Made by a program: the position numbers and the translations under genes. Below the pieces are notes generated by a model. The model saw nothing but the letters and a program-made list of their open reading frames with translations, searched no databases and was not told the DNA's origin. A DNA stretch of 64,000 nt, taken from positions 1,635 through 65,634 of the forward strand of contig JAHHTR010000001.1 in NCBI GenBank assembly GCA_020024515.1, read 5' to 3'. This document shows, piece after piece, positions 26,263 to 37,500 of the stretch. The stretch's first letter is position 1, and every line of letters begins with the position of its first letter. Source of the DNA: Angelakisella sp. GTDB lineage: Bacteria > Bacillota > Clostridia > Oscillospirales > Ruminococcaceae.

Positions 26263-27330
26263 TCACAATATTATTAGTTCCATTGGACTGGCTGTCAATT
26301 TTTCAGAACCATTTTCGGTAACAAGATACATATTTTCTATTCTTACACCGAATTTCCCTTCAAGATATATACCAGGTTCAACTGTCATAATATTGCCTAC
26401 TTTACAATTACCTGTGGCAGCAGGTGAATAACGTGGATTTTCGTGTATTTCAAGACCTACCGAATGACCTGTTCCATGACCAAAACAACCTGTGTATCCT
26501 GCATCATATATAAGATCACGACCAACTTTATCAACACTTACGTTTGTAACAGCCGGATTAATATGCTCTGCTGATTTGTAATGAGCTTCCAAAACAGTAT
26601 TATAAACTTTCTTCATCTCATCAGTAGCCATACCGATAGCAACTGTTCTTGTCATATCTGAGCAGTAACCGTCAACCTTACAACCGAAGTCCATTGTAAC
26701 AAAGTCGCCTTTTTCTACCTTTTTATCAGATGGCACACCGTGTGGCAAACTGCTGTTTACACCTGATACACAAATTGTATCAAAGCTTGTATTTTCCGCA
26801 CCCAATTTACGCATATTGTATTCAATTTCAAGCGCAATTTCTTTTTCTGTCATACCTTCTTTTATAAATTCGCATATATGGGTAAATGTTGCATCTGTAA
26901 TTGCTTGTGCTTTTTTAATAGCTTCTATTTCTTTTTCATCTTTGTGTGAACGCAAATCAAGAATTAGAGCATCAACAGTACTATCCATTGAAAAGGCTAC
27001 GTCTTTCAAGTTTTTTTGCATAACTGTATATTCATTAAGAGTCATATAAGATGTTTCTACTGCAACATTTTTAATATTATTCTCTTTAAATATTGCATTT
27101 ATTTGCTCATACAGTTTCTCTTGCAAAATAACTTCAGCATTTCTTACTGTACGTTTTGCGAGCTCTATGTATCTAAAATCTATTATGAAGTATGTTTTTT
27201 CTTTTGTTATCAGTAGTGTTCCTGCTGATGAGCGCATACCTGTAAAATAATGTCTGTTATAATCAGATGTTACAATTACACAATCTACTTCTTGTGGCAA
27301 TATGTTTTTTAATTTAGAAATTCTATCCAT
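26263..27330 (-). CDS. M24-family Xaa-Pro aminopeptidase/dipeptidase
   Basis: Creatinase-like N-domain plus an M24 core (DFGCKVDGYCSDMTRT, GHGTGHSVGLEIHE, TVEPGIY, RIEN). Confidence 0.85.
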   Translation of the reverse strand: MDRISKLKNILPQEVDCVIVTSDYNRHYFTGMRSSAGTLLITKEKTYFIIDFRYIELAKRTVRNAEVILQEKLYEQINAIFKENNIKNVAVETSYMTLNEYTVMQKNLKDVAFSMDSTVDALILDLRSHKDEKEIEAIKKAQAITDATFTHICEFIKEGMTEKEIALEIEYNMRKLGAENTSFDTICVSGVNSSLPHGVPSDKKVEKGDFVTMDFGCKVDGYCSDMTRTVAIGMATDEMKKVYNTVLEAHYKSAEHINPAVTNVSVDKVGRDLIYDAGYTGCFGHGTGHSVGLEIHENPRYSPAATGNCKVGNIMTVEPGIYLEGKFGVRIENMYLVTENGSEKLTASPMELIIL

Positions 27331-27336
27331 AATATT

Positions 27337-27855
27337 CTATATGTCCTTTCTTTGTTTTCGTCTTGTATATCTATTATACCCATTTATTATGGGTTTTTCA
27401 AGCTTTCTTTTTACAATATATAAACCATATTTTTCATAGTCCATAGGCTCTACCCTAACAGCAACACAGCCCGAAAACTTTGCAGACAAAATATCAGTAA
27501 AAATTTGGTCACCAATAACCGCAGTTTCCTGTGGTTTTGAACCAAACTCTCGCAGCTTTTCTTTAATTTTCTTTGCAGATGGTTTTTTTGCATCTGCTAT
27601 ATATCCAAGTCCCAATTCTTTTGCAAACGGTGCAACTCTTTGTTCTGTATTATTAGATACAATAAAAAGTTTAATACCCTGTTTTCTTTGTTCTTCCAGC
27701 CAAAGCATTATTTCCTTAATAGGCTCTTTTTGATTATCACCTGTAAGGGTATTGTCAACATCGAGCAGCAATGTATTTACACCTATCTTTTTAAAAAAAT
27801 CGAGTGGTATTTTATCTATTCTTTCAAAATTGTAATGTGGATAAAAAATATTCAT
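27337..27855 (-). CDS. yqeG: YqeG-family HAD-IIIA phosphatase
   Basis: LLLDVDNTLTG motif I, about 170 aa, ...VIGDQIFTDIL... motif. Sits among the conserved yqe gene set. Confidence 0.8.
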   Translation of the reverse strand: MNIFYPHYNFERIDKIPLDFFKKIGVNTLLLDVDNTLTGDNQKEPIKEIMLWLEEQRKQGIKLFIVSNNTEQRVAPFAKELGLGYIADAKKPSAKKIKEKLREFGSKPQETAVIGDQIFTDILSAKFSGCVAVRVEPMDYEKYGLYIVKRKLEKPIINGYNRYTRRKQRKDI

Positions 27856-27887
27856 ATTACACTCCGTTTTCTGTTTTTTTGCACATA

Positions 27888-27920
27888 GAATAAAACAAAA
27901 GGCGAGCCAAAAGCTCGCCT
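27888..27920 (-). terminator. Intrinsic terminator after rpsU
   Basis: Minus-strand AGGCGAGC-UUUUG-GCUCGCC followed by UUUUGUUUUAUU. Confidence 0.65.
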
Positions 27921-27944
27921 GTTCTTTTAATACAAATTCTAAAA

Positions 27945-28118
27945 TCAGAACTTACGTTTACGAGCAGCCTCTGATTTCTTTTTACGTCTTACAGATGGTT
28001 TCTCGTAATGTTCTCTTTTACGAACCTCTGCCAGAACGCCGGATTTTGCACAAGATCTTTTGAAACGACGCAAAGCGTTGTCAAGAGTCTCATTTTCCTT
28101 GATTCTTATTTCAGCCAT
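27945..28118 (-). CDS. rpsU: 30S ribosomal protein S21
   Basis: [57 protein letters not shown]. Start at ATG 28118 after GGGGAGGGA. Confidence 0.95.
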   Translation of the reverse strand: MAEIRIKENETLDNALRRFKRSCAKSGVLAEVRKREHYEKPSVRRKKKSEAARKRKF

Positions 28119-28211
28119 TATATATCCCTCCCCACGCATTAAGCTGGAGTTATATCAAAACCATAGCGGTTAGATAACCATCCAATAAATAAAAATAATC
28201 ATAACGTACGT

Positions 28212-28241
28212 ATTATACTATATAAATATATATCATGTCAA
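28212..28241 (-). promoter_or_regulatory. Consensus sigma-A promoter upstream of rpsU (TTGACA-18 nt-TATAAT)
   Basis: On the minus strand, TTGACA (28241-28236) and TATAAT (28217-28212). Confidence 0.5.
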
Positions 28242-28270
28242 GTATTTTATTCAATTTTTTTCATATTTTT

Positions 28271-30676
28271 TTATTTTACGACAATATTATACAGTTTTCC
28301 TGTTACATATATCTCTTTTACGATAGTTTTGCCTTCTATAGCTTGTGCAACATTTTCGTTTTGTTTAACAATAATTGCAACATCTCCTTGTGTGGCAGTT
28401 GTTTCAACATTAAGACGAGCTTTAATTTTGCCGTTTACCTGTACTGCTATTTCCACTGTTTCGTCTACACATTTAGCCTCGTCATACTCAGGCCACTTCA
28501 TTTCCGCAACAAGTGCTACATTCCCCAATTTCTCGTTTATTTCTTCGGAAATATGTGGAGCAAATGGATTTAATAGTATAATAAATGTAAATAACTCTTT
28601 TCTTGTAATACTGCCCTTTGCGTATATTTCGTTTAGTACTGTCATCAGTGACGCTATTGCTGTATTGAATTTAAGTGACTCAATATCTTCTGATACTTTC
28701 TTTATCAGCTTATTAAATGATACTTCCATATCCTTGCTGTATTCATCACTGTGTACAAGCATATCAAGCAGTCCCCATACTCTGTCTAGGAATCTTTCAG
28801 AACCCTTGATAGAAGAAGTATTCCAAGGAGCTGTTTTTTCAAAGTCACCTATAAACATTTCATAAATACGAAGAGTATCAGCACCGTATTGTGCAACTAT
28901 ATCATCAGGATTTACAACATTACCCTTTGATTTTGACATCTTCTCACCGTTTTCTCCAAGTATCATACCATGACTTGTACGTCTTGAATATGGTTCTTTT
29001 GTAGAAACCAAGCCAATATCGTATAGGAATTTGTGCCAAAATCTTGAATACAATAGGTGAAGTGTTGTATGCTCCATACCGCCATTGTACCAATCAACAG
29101 GCAGCCAGTAATCAAGAGCTTCTTTTGATGCAATGGCATCTTGATTTTTTGGATCGCAGTAGCGAATAAAGTACCATGAAGAACCTGCCCATTGTGGCAT
29201 TGTATCTGTCTCACGTTTTGCATCTGCTCCACAGTGTGGACATTTTACATTTACCCAATCTGTAATGGCAGCAAGCGGTGATTCACCGTTATCGGTAGGC
29301 TCATAGCTCTCTACATTAGGCAGACGTAGTGGCAATTCACTCTCAGGAACAGGAACCCAACCACATTTTTCGCAATAAATCATAGGTATAGGTTCGCCCC
29401 AGTATCTTTGTCTTGAAAATACCCAGTCACGAAGTTTAAAGTTTACCTTTGCCTCACCTTTATTGTGAGCTTTTAGGAACTCAATTATTTTAGCCTTTGC
29501 TTCTTCTACTGACAGTCCGTCAAGTATATCTGAATTTACCATTGTACCTGTTGCACAGTCTGTAAATGCTTCTTTTTCGACATCTCCGCCTTTTACAACT
29601 TCGATTATAGGCAAATTGAATTTCTTTGCAAAATCATAGTCACGTGTATCGTGTGCAGGTACTGCCATTATTGCACCTGTACCATAAGTCATTAGGACAT
29701 AGTCAGATATAAAGATAGGTATTTCTTTGTTGTTTACAGGATTTATTCCTCTAACACCTTTCAGTTCAACACCTGTCTTGTCTTTTACCATTTCTGTACG
29801 TTCAAAATCAGATTTCTTAGCCGCTTTTTCTCTGTAATTAAGTATATCAGCCATATTCTCGATTTTGTCTGCATATTTATCAATAAATGGGTGCTCAGGT
29901 GAAATAACCATATATGTTGCACCAAAGATTGTATCAGGACGAGTTGTATATACAACCAAATCTTCACCGAATGTTGTACCGAATTTTACCTCTGCACCTG
30001 TCGAACGACCTATCCAGTTCTTTTGTGAAGTTTTTATACGATCAATGTAGTTTACTTCGTCTAAATCATCAATCAGTCTTTGTGCATACTCTGTAATTTT
30101 AAGCATCCATTGACTCTTAACTTTGTGTACTACTTCGCTACCGCAACGTTCACAAGCGCCATTTACAACTTCTTCATTTGCAAGTACGCACTTACAAGAA
30201 GTACACCAGTTTACTGACATCTCTTTTTTGTAAGCAAGTCCTTTTTTGTATAGTTGCAAGAATATCCACTGTGTCCATTTAAAGTAATCAGGATCAGTTG
30301 TATTGATTTCTCTTTCCCAATCAAATGAAAGACCAAGTCTTTGTAACTGGGATTTAAATCTTGCGACATTGTTTTTTGTAACTATCTCAGGGTGAATTTT
30401 ATTTTTTATGGCAAAGTTTTCGGTAGGTAGACCAAATGCGTCCCAACCCATTGGATAAAGCACATTATATCCCTGCAAACGTTTTTTCCTTGCAACTATA
30501 TCAAGTGCTGTATAGGAACGTGGGTGTCCTACATGTAGCCCCTGTCCCGATGGATAAGGGAACTCTACCAAGGCATAGAACTTTGGTTTTGTATAATCTG
30601 TTGTTGCGGCAAACGAGTTTTTTTCTTCCCAACGTTTTTGCCACTTCTGTTCAATACTGTCAAAATCGTATTTCAC
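28271..30676 (-). CDS. leuS: Leucine--tRNA ligase
   Basis: 801 aa with HVGH ([14 protein letters not shown]) and KMSKS motifs and the class Ia editing-domain layout. Confidence 0.95.
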   Translation of the reverse strand: MKYDFDSIEQKWQKRWEEKNSFAATTDYTKPKFYALVEFPYPSGQGLHVGHPRSYTALDIVARKKRLQGYNVLYPMGWDAFGLPTENFAIKNKIHPEIVTKNNVARFKSQLQRLGLSFDWEREINTTDPDYFKWTQWIFLQLYKKGLAYKKEMSVNWCTSCKCVLANEEVVNGACERCGSEVVHKVKSQWMLKITEYAQRLIDDLDEVNYIDRIKTSQKNWIGRSTGAEVKFGTTFGEDLVVYTTRPDTIFGATYMVISPEHPFIDKYADKIENMADILNYREKAAKKSDFERTEMVKDKTGVELKGVRGINPVNNKEIPIFISDYVLMTYGTGAIMAVPAHDTRDYDFAKKFNLPIIEVVKGGDVEKEAFTDCATGTMVNSDILDGLSVEEAKAKIIEFLKAHNKGEAKVNFKLRDWVFSRQRYWGEPIPMIYCEKCGWVPVPESELPLRLPNVESYEPTDNGESPLAAITDWVNVKCPHCGADAKRETDTMPQWAGSSWYFIRYCDPKNQDAIASKEALDYWLPVDWYNGGMEHTTLHLLYSRFWHKFLYDIGLVSTKEPYSRRTSHGMILGENGEKMSKSKGNVVNPDDIVAQYGADTLRIYEMFIGDFEKTAPWNTSSIKGSERFLDRVWGLLDMLVHSDEYSKDMEVSFNKLIKKVSEDIESLKFNTAIASLMTVLNEIYAKGSITRKELFTFIILLNPFAPHISEEINEKLGNVALVAEMKWPEYDEAKCVDETVEIAVQVNGKIKARLNVETTATQGDVAIIVKQNENVAQAIEGKTIVKEIYVTGKLYNIVVK

Positions 30677-30773
30677 TTTTTCTACTCCTCACAATTTATA
30701 TTTTGTATAACTTGTTACTTGTTAAAAAAATACCAATATAACATAATCATATTTTAATAAATCAAGTTTTAGA

Positions 30774-31139
30774 TTATTCTTCCGTCTTTATACTAAACTC
30801 TGATAAATCAAGACGTGGTGCATCTTGCCATACTTTATCAAGGCTGTAAAAATCTCTTGATTCTTTATTAAACAAATGAATGATTATGTCGCGATAGTCC
30901 ATAAGAACCCATAGACAAGTTTCTTTACCATCTACTTTTTTAGGTTCAATGCCGTTTTGTGTCATTATATCTTCTATCTCGTCACTCATAGCTTTAATTT
31001 GTGCAGGACTACTGCCTGTTGCAATTACAAAGTAATCACCCAGTGGTGATATACCGTTGATATCAAGCACTTCTATATCTTTACCATGTTTTAAATCAAT
31101 GGCTTTAAGTATATGTTTAAGTGTTTCTTTTGATGTCAT
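30774..31139 (-). CDS. rsfS: Ribosome silencing factor RsfS
   Basis: 121 aa, ...KHGKDIEVLDINGISPLGDYFVIATGSSPAQIKAMSDEIED... Lies downstream of nadD/yqeK as in the conserved synteny. Confidence 0.9.
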   Translation of the reverse strand: MTSKETLKHILKAIDLKHGKDIEVLDINGISPLGDYFVIATGSSPAQIKAMSDEIEDIMTQNGIEPKKVDGKETCLWVLMDYRDIIIHLFNKESRDFYSLDKVWQDAPRLDLSEFSIKTEE

Positions 31140-31164
31140 ATTTATAACTCCTATCTATAATATA

Positions 31165-32337
31165 TTAATTATTTACTTTATTTTGATAATATAACAATGC
31201 GTCTTGCTGAATTTGACAAGGTAATTTTCCTGTCTTTTTCAAAACGTTTTGTTTTGTAAATTCCAAAGACAACAACATCGCTTTATCCAAACTTTCATTT
31301 GACAACTCAATAACCTTGTCTACATCAGGATAGTTTCTTTCCACCGATGTAATATCTGCAAGATACACCGCTTTTTCAATTCCCGTCATATTCGGTCTGC
31401 CTGTTGTATGGTAACGGACAGCATTAATAACATCTTCATCGAAAATATTGAGCCTATCTTTTATATATTCCGCACCAACGAAGCTATGCAGTAATTGTGG
31501 ACTTTCTTCAAAATTTATATCCCCGATTATATCACATTTTTTTGACATTTGCAATAAAATTTCTTTGTCTATATTTTTACATATATCATGAAGTATGCAG
31601 CCAATACGCACTTTGGTTTCATCGAGCGAATGAATCTTTGCAAGCTCCGCTCCACGTCTCTCCACATTTTTACTGTGTATGTATCGCGTCTCTTTAAGTA
31701 TAGGCTTAATTATCGTACATATTTCTTCAACCGCTTTATCGGTTGTATAAATCTTATTTTTTGCCATATATTCATACACACGTCTTGGTACAGGCGTATT
31801 TTCTTTGTAGCTTTCACTCAAAAAACGAATTTGTGTTGATGATATTTCATTAATCGGATTGGAAAGAATTTTTGAATGTATTCCGTATTTACAAAGTTCT
31901 TGTTGTTTTGTTTTCAGTGCCTCTCTGTCGTCTTTTTCACGAGACACCACCAATATATCAACAAGCTTACCTAAATTTTCCCACTCTTTCCATGTTTCAA
32001 ATGTAAGAAACATATCAGTTCCTATCATTATGCTGTACTTATCTTGTGGGTTTTGCTTCATAAAATCACGTATAGTATCAATAGTATAATTCTTTCCGCC
32101 TTTTTTTATTTCATAATCACTTACTGTAATAAATGACATATCCTCTACCGCAAGTTTACACATATCAAGTCTCTGCTCCGGTGTTGCAGTATTTACAACT
32201 TCCTTGTGTGGTGGCAAAAATACAGGCATAAGTATTATTTTATCAAAAGAAAAATTTTCCGCAACATATTGACAAACAGCGGTATGACCGTTGTGTATTG
32301 GATTAAAACTTCCACCGTAAATTAAAACAGATGCCAT
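31165..32337 (-). CDS. nadD: Fusion protein: nicotinate-nucleotide adenylyltransferase (NadD) plus HD-domain YqeK (Ap4A hydrolase family)
   Basis: N-half: VLIYGGSFNPIHNGH...ISSTQIR (NadD). C-half: RYIHSKNVERRGAELA...ILHDICK...RYHTTG... (YqeK HD domain). One uninterrupted 390-aa ORF. Confidence 0.85.
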   Translation of the reverse strand: MASVLIYGGSFNPIHNGHTAVCQYVAENFSFDKIILMPVFLPPHKEVVNTATPEQRLDMCKLAVEDMSFITVSDYEIKKGGKNYTIDTIRDFMKQNPQDKYSIMIGTDMFLTFETWKEWENLGKLVDILVVSREKDDREALKTKQQELCKYGIHSKILSNPINEISSTQIRFLSESYKENTPVPRRVYEYMAKNKIYTTDKAVEEICTIIKPILKETRYIHSKNVERRGAELAKIHSLDETKVRIGCILHDICKNIDKEILLQMSKKCDIIGDINFEESPQLLHSFVGAEYIKDRLNIFDEDVINAVRYHTTGRPNMTGIEKAVYLADITSVERNYPDVDKVIELSNESLDKAMLLSLEFTKQNVLKKTGKLPCQIQQDALLYYQNKVNN

Positions 32338-32486
32338 AGACTCTTCCTCTCTTTTACTTAGCTAAAATTATTTAAAAAAACTGTTATTTTAGGTACAACT
32401 CCATTATAAAGTTTTATTTTATCAATAATACGTTAGCTATCTTACAAAGTTATTCAATAATCTCTATTTTGGGTGTTAAATTGTTA

Positions 32487-32783
32487 TTATAGTTTACCTA
32501 ATTCTATCTTTGGTTTTTTCCCATTACGTTTGTAGAAAATAATTTTTCTGCCTATTACTTGTACTACTTCACATTTTATGGCTTGTGAAAGTTCCTCGGC
32601 TGCCTCTTGCGGTGTACAGGGAGCTGTCTCGTGTACTGATATTTTTATTAATTCTCTTGCTGTCAAAGCATCACGAACTTGTATTATTAATTGCTCGCCT
32701 ATTCCGTCTTTTCCTACTTGTAAAATTGTATCTATTGTATTTGCCATACCTTTTAATTTGGCTCTTTGTTTTGATGTTAACAA
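32487..32783 (-). CDS. yhbY: YhbY-family (CRM domain) RNA-binding ribosome assembly protein
   Basis: MLTSKQRAKLKGMANTIDTILQVGKDGIGEQLI...ARELIKISV..., 98 aa. Confidence 0.85.
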   Translation of the reverse strand: MLTSKQRAKLKGMANTIDTILQVGKDGIGEQLIIQVRDALTARELIKISVHETAPCTPQEAAEELSQAIKCEVVQVIGRKIIFYKRNGKKPKIELGKL

Positions 32784-32855
32784 AATATTTTTCTCCTTTT
32801 AAATTAAACTTAAATTTTAAAAATTATATACTATGTCGGCTATTTCTTTACAAAA

Positions 32856-33434
32856 TTAACCTAACTTCAATAATTTTTCTTGTAATCTTTCCAGTGCTTT
32901 TCCTCTGTGACTAATTGAATCTTTCTCTTGTGGTGACATTTCGGCTGTACTTTTTTCTCCAACCATAAAGAGCGGATCGTATCCAAAACCATTTTCGCCA
33001 CGAAGTTCAAATCCAATATAACCCTCACACTCACCCTGTGTCTCAATAATATTATCTTCGCCCATAACTACACATATATTGCAAACAAAACGTGCTGTTC
33101 TCTTTTCTTGTGAAACATCTTTTAGTTCTCGCAAAAGTTTTGCATTGTTTTCTGCATCACCCATACCGGAATATCTTGCTGAATATACTCCCGGTGCATT
33201 GTTGAGCGCGTCTACACATAGTCCGCTGTCATCGGCTATTGTCGGCATATTTACTGTCTTATATATACCGTAAGCTTTCTTATAAGCATTTTCCCTAAAA
33301 GTTTCGCCGTCTTCCTCTATCTCGCAAGGTGGGCAAACTTCATTTTGTGGTACTATACTGTGTCCCATGGGTTCAAGTATTCTTTTGAATTCCCCTAATT
33401 TATGTTCATTGTTGCTTGCAAGTACAAATTTCAT
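32856..33434 (-). CDS. rdgB: RdgB/HAM1-family non-canonical purine NTP pyrophosphatase
   Basis: MKFVLASNNEHKLGEFKRIL...EEDGETFRENA..KA...ADDSGLCVDALNNAPGVYSARY...GFGYDPLF...SHRGKA. Confidence 0.9.
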   Translation of the reverse strand: MKFVLASNNEHKLGEFKRILEPMGHSIVPQNEVCPPCEIEEDGETFRENAYKKAYGIYKTVNMPTIADDSGLCVDALNNAPGVYSARYSGMGDAENNAKLLRELKDVSQEKRTARFVCNICVVMGEDNIIETQGECEGYIGFELRGENGFGYDPLFMVGEKSTAEMSPQEKDSISHRGKALERLQEKLLKLG

Positions 33435-34339
33435 CGATTATCCTCCCCAAACAGTAATGCCTGTGCATAATCTTCTGCCGAGAATGGCTTTAAATCATCA
33501 ATTTGTTCACCTACACCTACAAATTTAATAGGCAAACCAAGTTGTTCTTTTATTGAAATTACTATACCGCCCTTTGCAGTTCCGTCAAGTTTTGTAAGTA
33601 CAATACCAGTAATTGCACAACTTTCGGCAAACAGTTTTGCCTGTGACAGTCCATTTTGTCCTGTTGTTGCATCAAGCACAAGCAAAACTTCCTTTACACT
33701 GTCAGGAGCTGCTTTATTAATAATTCTGTCCATTTTCAGCAGTTCGTCCATAAGGTGTTTTTTGTTATGAAGTCTGCCTGCTGTATCACAAATAACAACA
33801 TCTGCTCCACGTGCCTGTCCCGCCGCTATTGTATCAAAAACCACTGCCCCCGGGTCTGCACCTTCATTATGTTTTACTATCTTGCAATTATTTCTCTCTG
33901 CCCAAACAGTAAGCTGTTCTGATGCAGCCGCACGAAATGTATCAGCCGCACCTATTATTACACTCTTGCCCTCGCTCATTAAGTGGTGTGTAAGTTTGCC
34001 GATTGTTGTTGTTTTACCAACTCCGTTTACGCCTACAACCATTATTACAGTCGGATTTCCACTTAGGTCAAGAGAAACATCTGGAGACAACATTTCCACT
34101 ATAATTTCTTTTAATTCTTTGCGAAGTTCTGTTGCATCAATGTTTTTTCTTTTCATTCTTGCACCAAGTTCAGAGCAAATCTTACTTGCTGTTGATACAC
34201 TTATATCCGACATAATAAGAATTTCTTCCAAGTCTTCCAATGTATCCGCACCCAATTTATTCGCACAAGAGTCAATATCCATAGCAAGTTTTTCTCTTGT
34301 CTTTTTTAAACCTCTATTAAAAAAATCGAAAAATCCCAA
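33431..34339 (-). CDS. ftsY: Signal recognition particle receptor FtsY
   Basis: NG domain motifs GVNGVGKTTTIGKL, DTAGRL and TKLDGTAKGG. 302 aa. Confidence 0.95.
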   Translation of the reverse strand: MGFFDFFNRGLKKTREKLAMDIDSCANKLGADTLEDLEEILIMSDISVSTASKICSELGARMKRKNIDATELRKELKEIIVEMLSPDVSLDLSGNPTVIMVVGVNGVGKTTTIGKLTHHLMSEGKSVIIGAADTFRAAASEQLTVWAERNNCKIVKHNEGADPGAVVFDTIAAGQARGADVVICDTAGRLHNKKHLMDELLKMDRIINKAAPDSVKEVLLVLDATTGQNGLSQAKLFAESCAITGIVLTKLDGTAKGGIVISIKEQLGLPIKFVGVGEQIDDLKPFSAEDYAQALLFGEDNR

Positions 34340-34581
34340 TCCACTATCACCTTTCTGTCTAATTTCTGTTTTTTCTTTTATTTAAATATATGATAGGTAA
34401 AATAATTATAGTCAATAATAAAATACACAACTCAAAAATGAAGAAAATCATTACTGATATTAATGTAAATAGCTGTATGTCCATCAATTTCATTAATCAG
34501 CGTTGTCTTCTTATTTTTTTGTACTCTGTCATACTCAAAATAAACATTAAATATTTTTATATAAACCACAATTTTAAAAAC

Positions 34582-37500
34582 CTAGTTAATATTCATTTTC
34601 AATTTTTCTTCCATTTCACCGATATTTAATCTCAATAATTTTGAAACACCTTTTTCTTCCATTGTTACACCATATAACACATCTGCTTGTTCCATTGTAC
34701 CACGTCTGTGTGTAATGGAAATAAACTGTGTATTATCTGTAAGTTTATTGAGGTATGTAGCAAATCTGACAACATTGACATCATCAAGAGCCGCTTCTAT
34801 CTCATCAATCAAAACAAACGGCGCAGGGCTTACTTTAAGTATAGCAAAATATATGCAAATAGCAACCATTGCTTGCTCACCACCCGATAATGATGCCAAA
34901 TTTTTAATAATCTTTCCGGGTGGCTGCACAAATATTTCAATATTTGATTCCAATGGATTTTGTAGGTCATCGAGCAAAAGTTCTCCCGTTCCACCACCAA
35001 AAAGCTCTTTGAATATTTCTTTAAAGTTTTTGTTTATCGCATTAAACTTTTCGGTAAACATATTACACATATCAGTTGAAAGCTGCGATATAAGTTCCAA
35101 AAGTTTAGCTTTTGCATTTTCCACATCTGCTATTTGTTCACTCATAAAAGTATATCTTTGGTAAACTTCAGCATACTCATCAATAGCACTTACATTTACA
35201 CTACCCATTGACTTTATATGATTTTTAAGTTCAGAAAGTCTCTTATTTGCCTTTTGGACATCTTCTATTTCTACTGCAATTTCCAAAGCCTCGCTTTTCA
35301 GTACTTCGTAGTCGTCCCACATCTTGTTTACTATATCATCATTTTCACTCTGCAAAGACAATCTTTTTTCTTCGTTTCTACCGAAATCCATAGCTATTTC
35401 TTCACGTTTTGCCGCAACTATCTTTTCTGTTTTACGTAGTTCCGATATTTTTTGCTCTGTTGACTCCTGCTCAGTACGTTTATTGTCTATCTCTGCCTGT
35501 GTCTCTGTAATTTGCACTTTACCGTCAGCAATATTTTTTATATTTTCTTCTATTTGCTTTTCCAGATCTTCAATGGCAATATTTAGTCTCTTTACACTCT
35601 GTTCTGTTTCTTCTTTTTTGTAAATATCCATTTTCAGTCTTTGTGTAAATATATCAATAGCCGATTGCGATGACTCTATATCTTTTTCAAGTCTCACACA
35701 TTCAAGTTGTAAATTGGACTCTTTTTCATTAAAATCTTCAATTTGTTCTGTTATCAACTGTAAGTTACTTTGTTTTAAAGAATATTTCTCATTAAGATTT
35801 TGAAGTTCATCATTCAATTTATCAATCATTTCCATTGAATTTAAACCTTGATTTTCAAGCTCTTTTATTCTGTTTGCAAGCTTCTCTGTCTCTTTATATG
35901 CTCTTTCGTCTCGCTCCCTTGCTTCATCAAGCGACATCTTAATTCTCTTACACTCGGCATTGGCAGAAATCAAATCTTCTTCTGCTGTTCGCTTCTCGCT
36001 ATTTATACCAAGAACAACGGCATCTATTTCCGCTATCTCGCGCAAAAGTGCATTCTCTTTTTCTTCCAAAGCACACATTTCTTCGGCAATTTCCTTTGCC
36101 TCTGTCCGAAGTAGTTCTATCTCACTCTTTCGGCTTAGTATATTACCGCTTTTTCCTGTTGAACCGCCTGTAAGTGATCCACCAGCATTTACAACCTGTC
36201 CATCAAGCGACACTACCTTATATTTATGCGAAACAGCTTTACCAATAATAATTGCGCTATCTATATCTTCTGCAATAATTATTCTGCCCAGTAACCAATC
36301 AATTACACCACGATATTTCTCACCTGTATCAACAAGCTTACAAGCCACATCTACAAAGCCGTCTATTTTAAACAAATTTTCGTCATCAATAGGAGAACCG
36401 ACAAGCGTACTTATCGGCAAAAATGTTGCACGTCCGTTATTTGAGCTTTTTAGTATTGATATACATTTTTTTGCTGTATTCTCATTATCAACAACAATAT
36501 TTTGCATAGCCTGTCCCATAGCTATCTCTATTGCAAGAGCATATTTTTTATCAACATCAATAAGCGATGATGCCGTACCATACACACCCCTAAGTGCCGA
36601 ACCTTGACTGCTGATAGCAATAATATGTTTTACACTGCCCGCGTATCCTTCCATATTCTTTTCCATATCAGAAAGAAGCTGTGCGTGTTGCAATTTTTCA
36701 CTTGCCTTTTTTTCATAAGCACGTAGGTTTGTCTGTATTTCTTCCAGTATCTCTCTTTTTGACGAAATCTTATAGTCATAACCCTTTGTACTATTTGCAA
36801 AAGTCTCTATATTTTCTTCGAGTTCTTCAACAAAAAACTTTGCGTCTTTAAGTTCCTGTTCAAGTTTTGCAATTAGTTCTGCGCTTTCGGAAGATTTTTT
36901 TAAGGTTTCCAATCTCTCTTTTGTTTCTTCAATAAGTGTTCCTGAGGTTTCCTTTTCTATCTGAACCTTTGCTATACTCTGTTTAAGCTCTTCAATATTT
37001 GCATTTATTACATTCAATTTTGCTTTTTCATCAAGTTTTTGGCTTTTTAATCTGTCTTCATCAGCACTTATTCTGTTATATTCAGCTTCTTTATGGCTCA
37101 GTTCTTCTTTTTGTTTTTCTATAACAATCTTTTTGTTTTCAAGTTCTTTTTGTGTTTCTTCACTTGATTGTCCAAACTTTTCAAGTTCTTTTAATTGCAT
37201 TTCAGCCATTTGCTTATTATGTGCAATATCATTTTGCATAACTGCAGTTTTGGTTTGCATATCAAAAATACTTTCTTGCATATTTTTGATAAAATTTCGC
37301 TTTGTATCAAAATATACCAAGTATTCTTGTTGTAACTTTTCACAATTTTCAATATCTTCTTCTATTTTGCTCAGCTGATTTTCAATGCTTTCTTTTTCGG
37401 CTTTGTTCAGCAAAATTCTGTCATCAAGTTCTTTTATCTGCTCCGATAAATTTTCGAGTTTCTTTACCCATAATGATATTTCAAGACTCTTTCTTTCGTC

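Noticed and set aside
28329-28865. 178-aa plus-strand ORF within leuS. Analogous long antisense ORFs lie at 39410-40096 (rnc/plsX), 40370-40894 (plsX), 19789-20262 (rnfE) and 14581-14967 (the 679-aa gene).
   Set aside because: Each lies entirely opposite a gene with unambiguous family motifs. None has a recognisable domain or a credible RBS. They are treated as frame shadows.
30677-30773. Possible T-box riboswitch upstream of leuS
   Set aside because: Only 97 nt separate leuS from the rsfS stop. That is far too short for a T-box leader, and no AGAGA/T-box/specifier-loop elements or terminator are visible. leuS is probably co-transcribed with the upstream genes.
34390-34629. 79-aa ORF in the ftsY-smc spacer
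   Set aside because: It overlaps the 3' end of smc on the opposite strand, has no RBS, and has an Ile/Asn/Lys-rich composition typical of random AT-rich sequence.
35960-36607. 215-aa plus-strand ORF, together with similar ones at 34715-35164, 35324-35623 and 37133-37378, inside smc
   Set aside because: They are antisense to a very well supported 1191-aa SMC gene. The products are Ser/Ile/Phe-rich and of low complexity, with no RBS. These are typical shadow ORFs of an AT-rich, coiled-coil-encoding gene.
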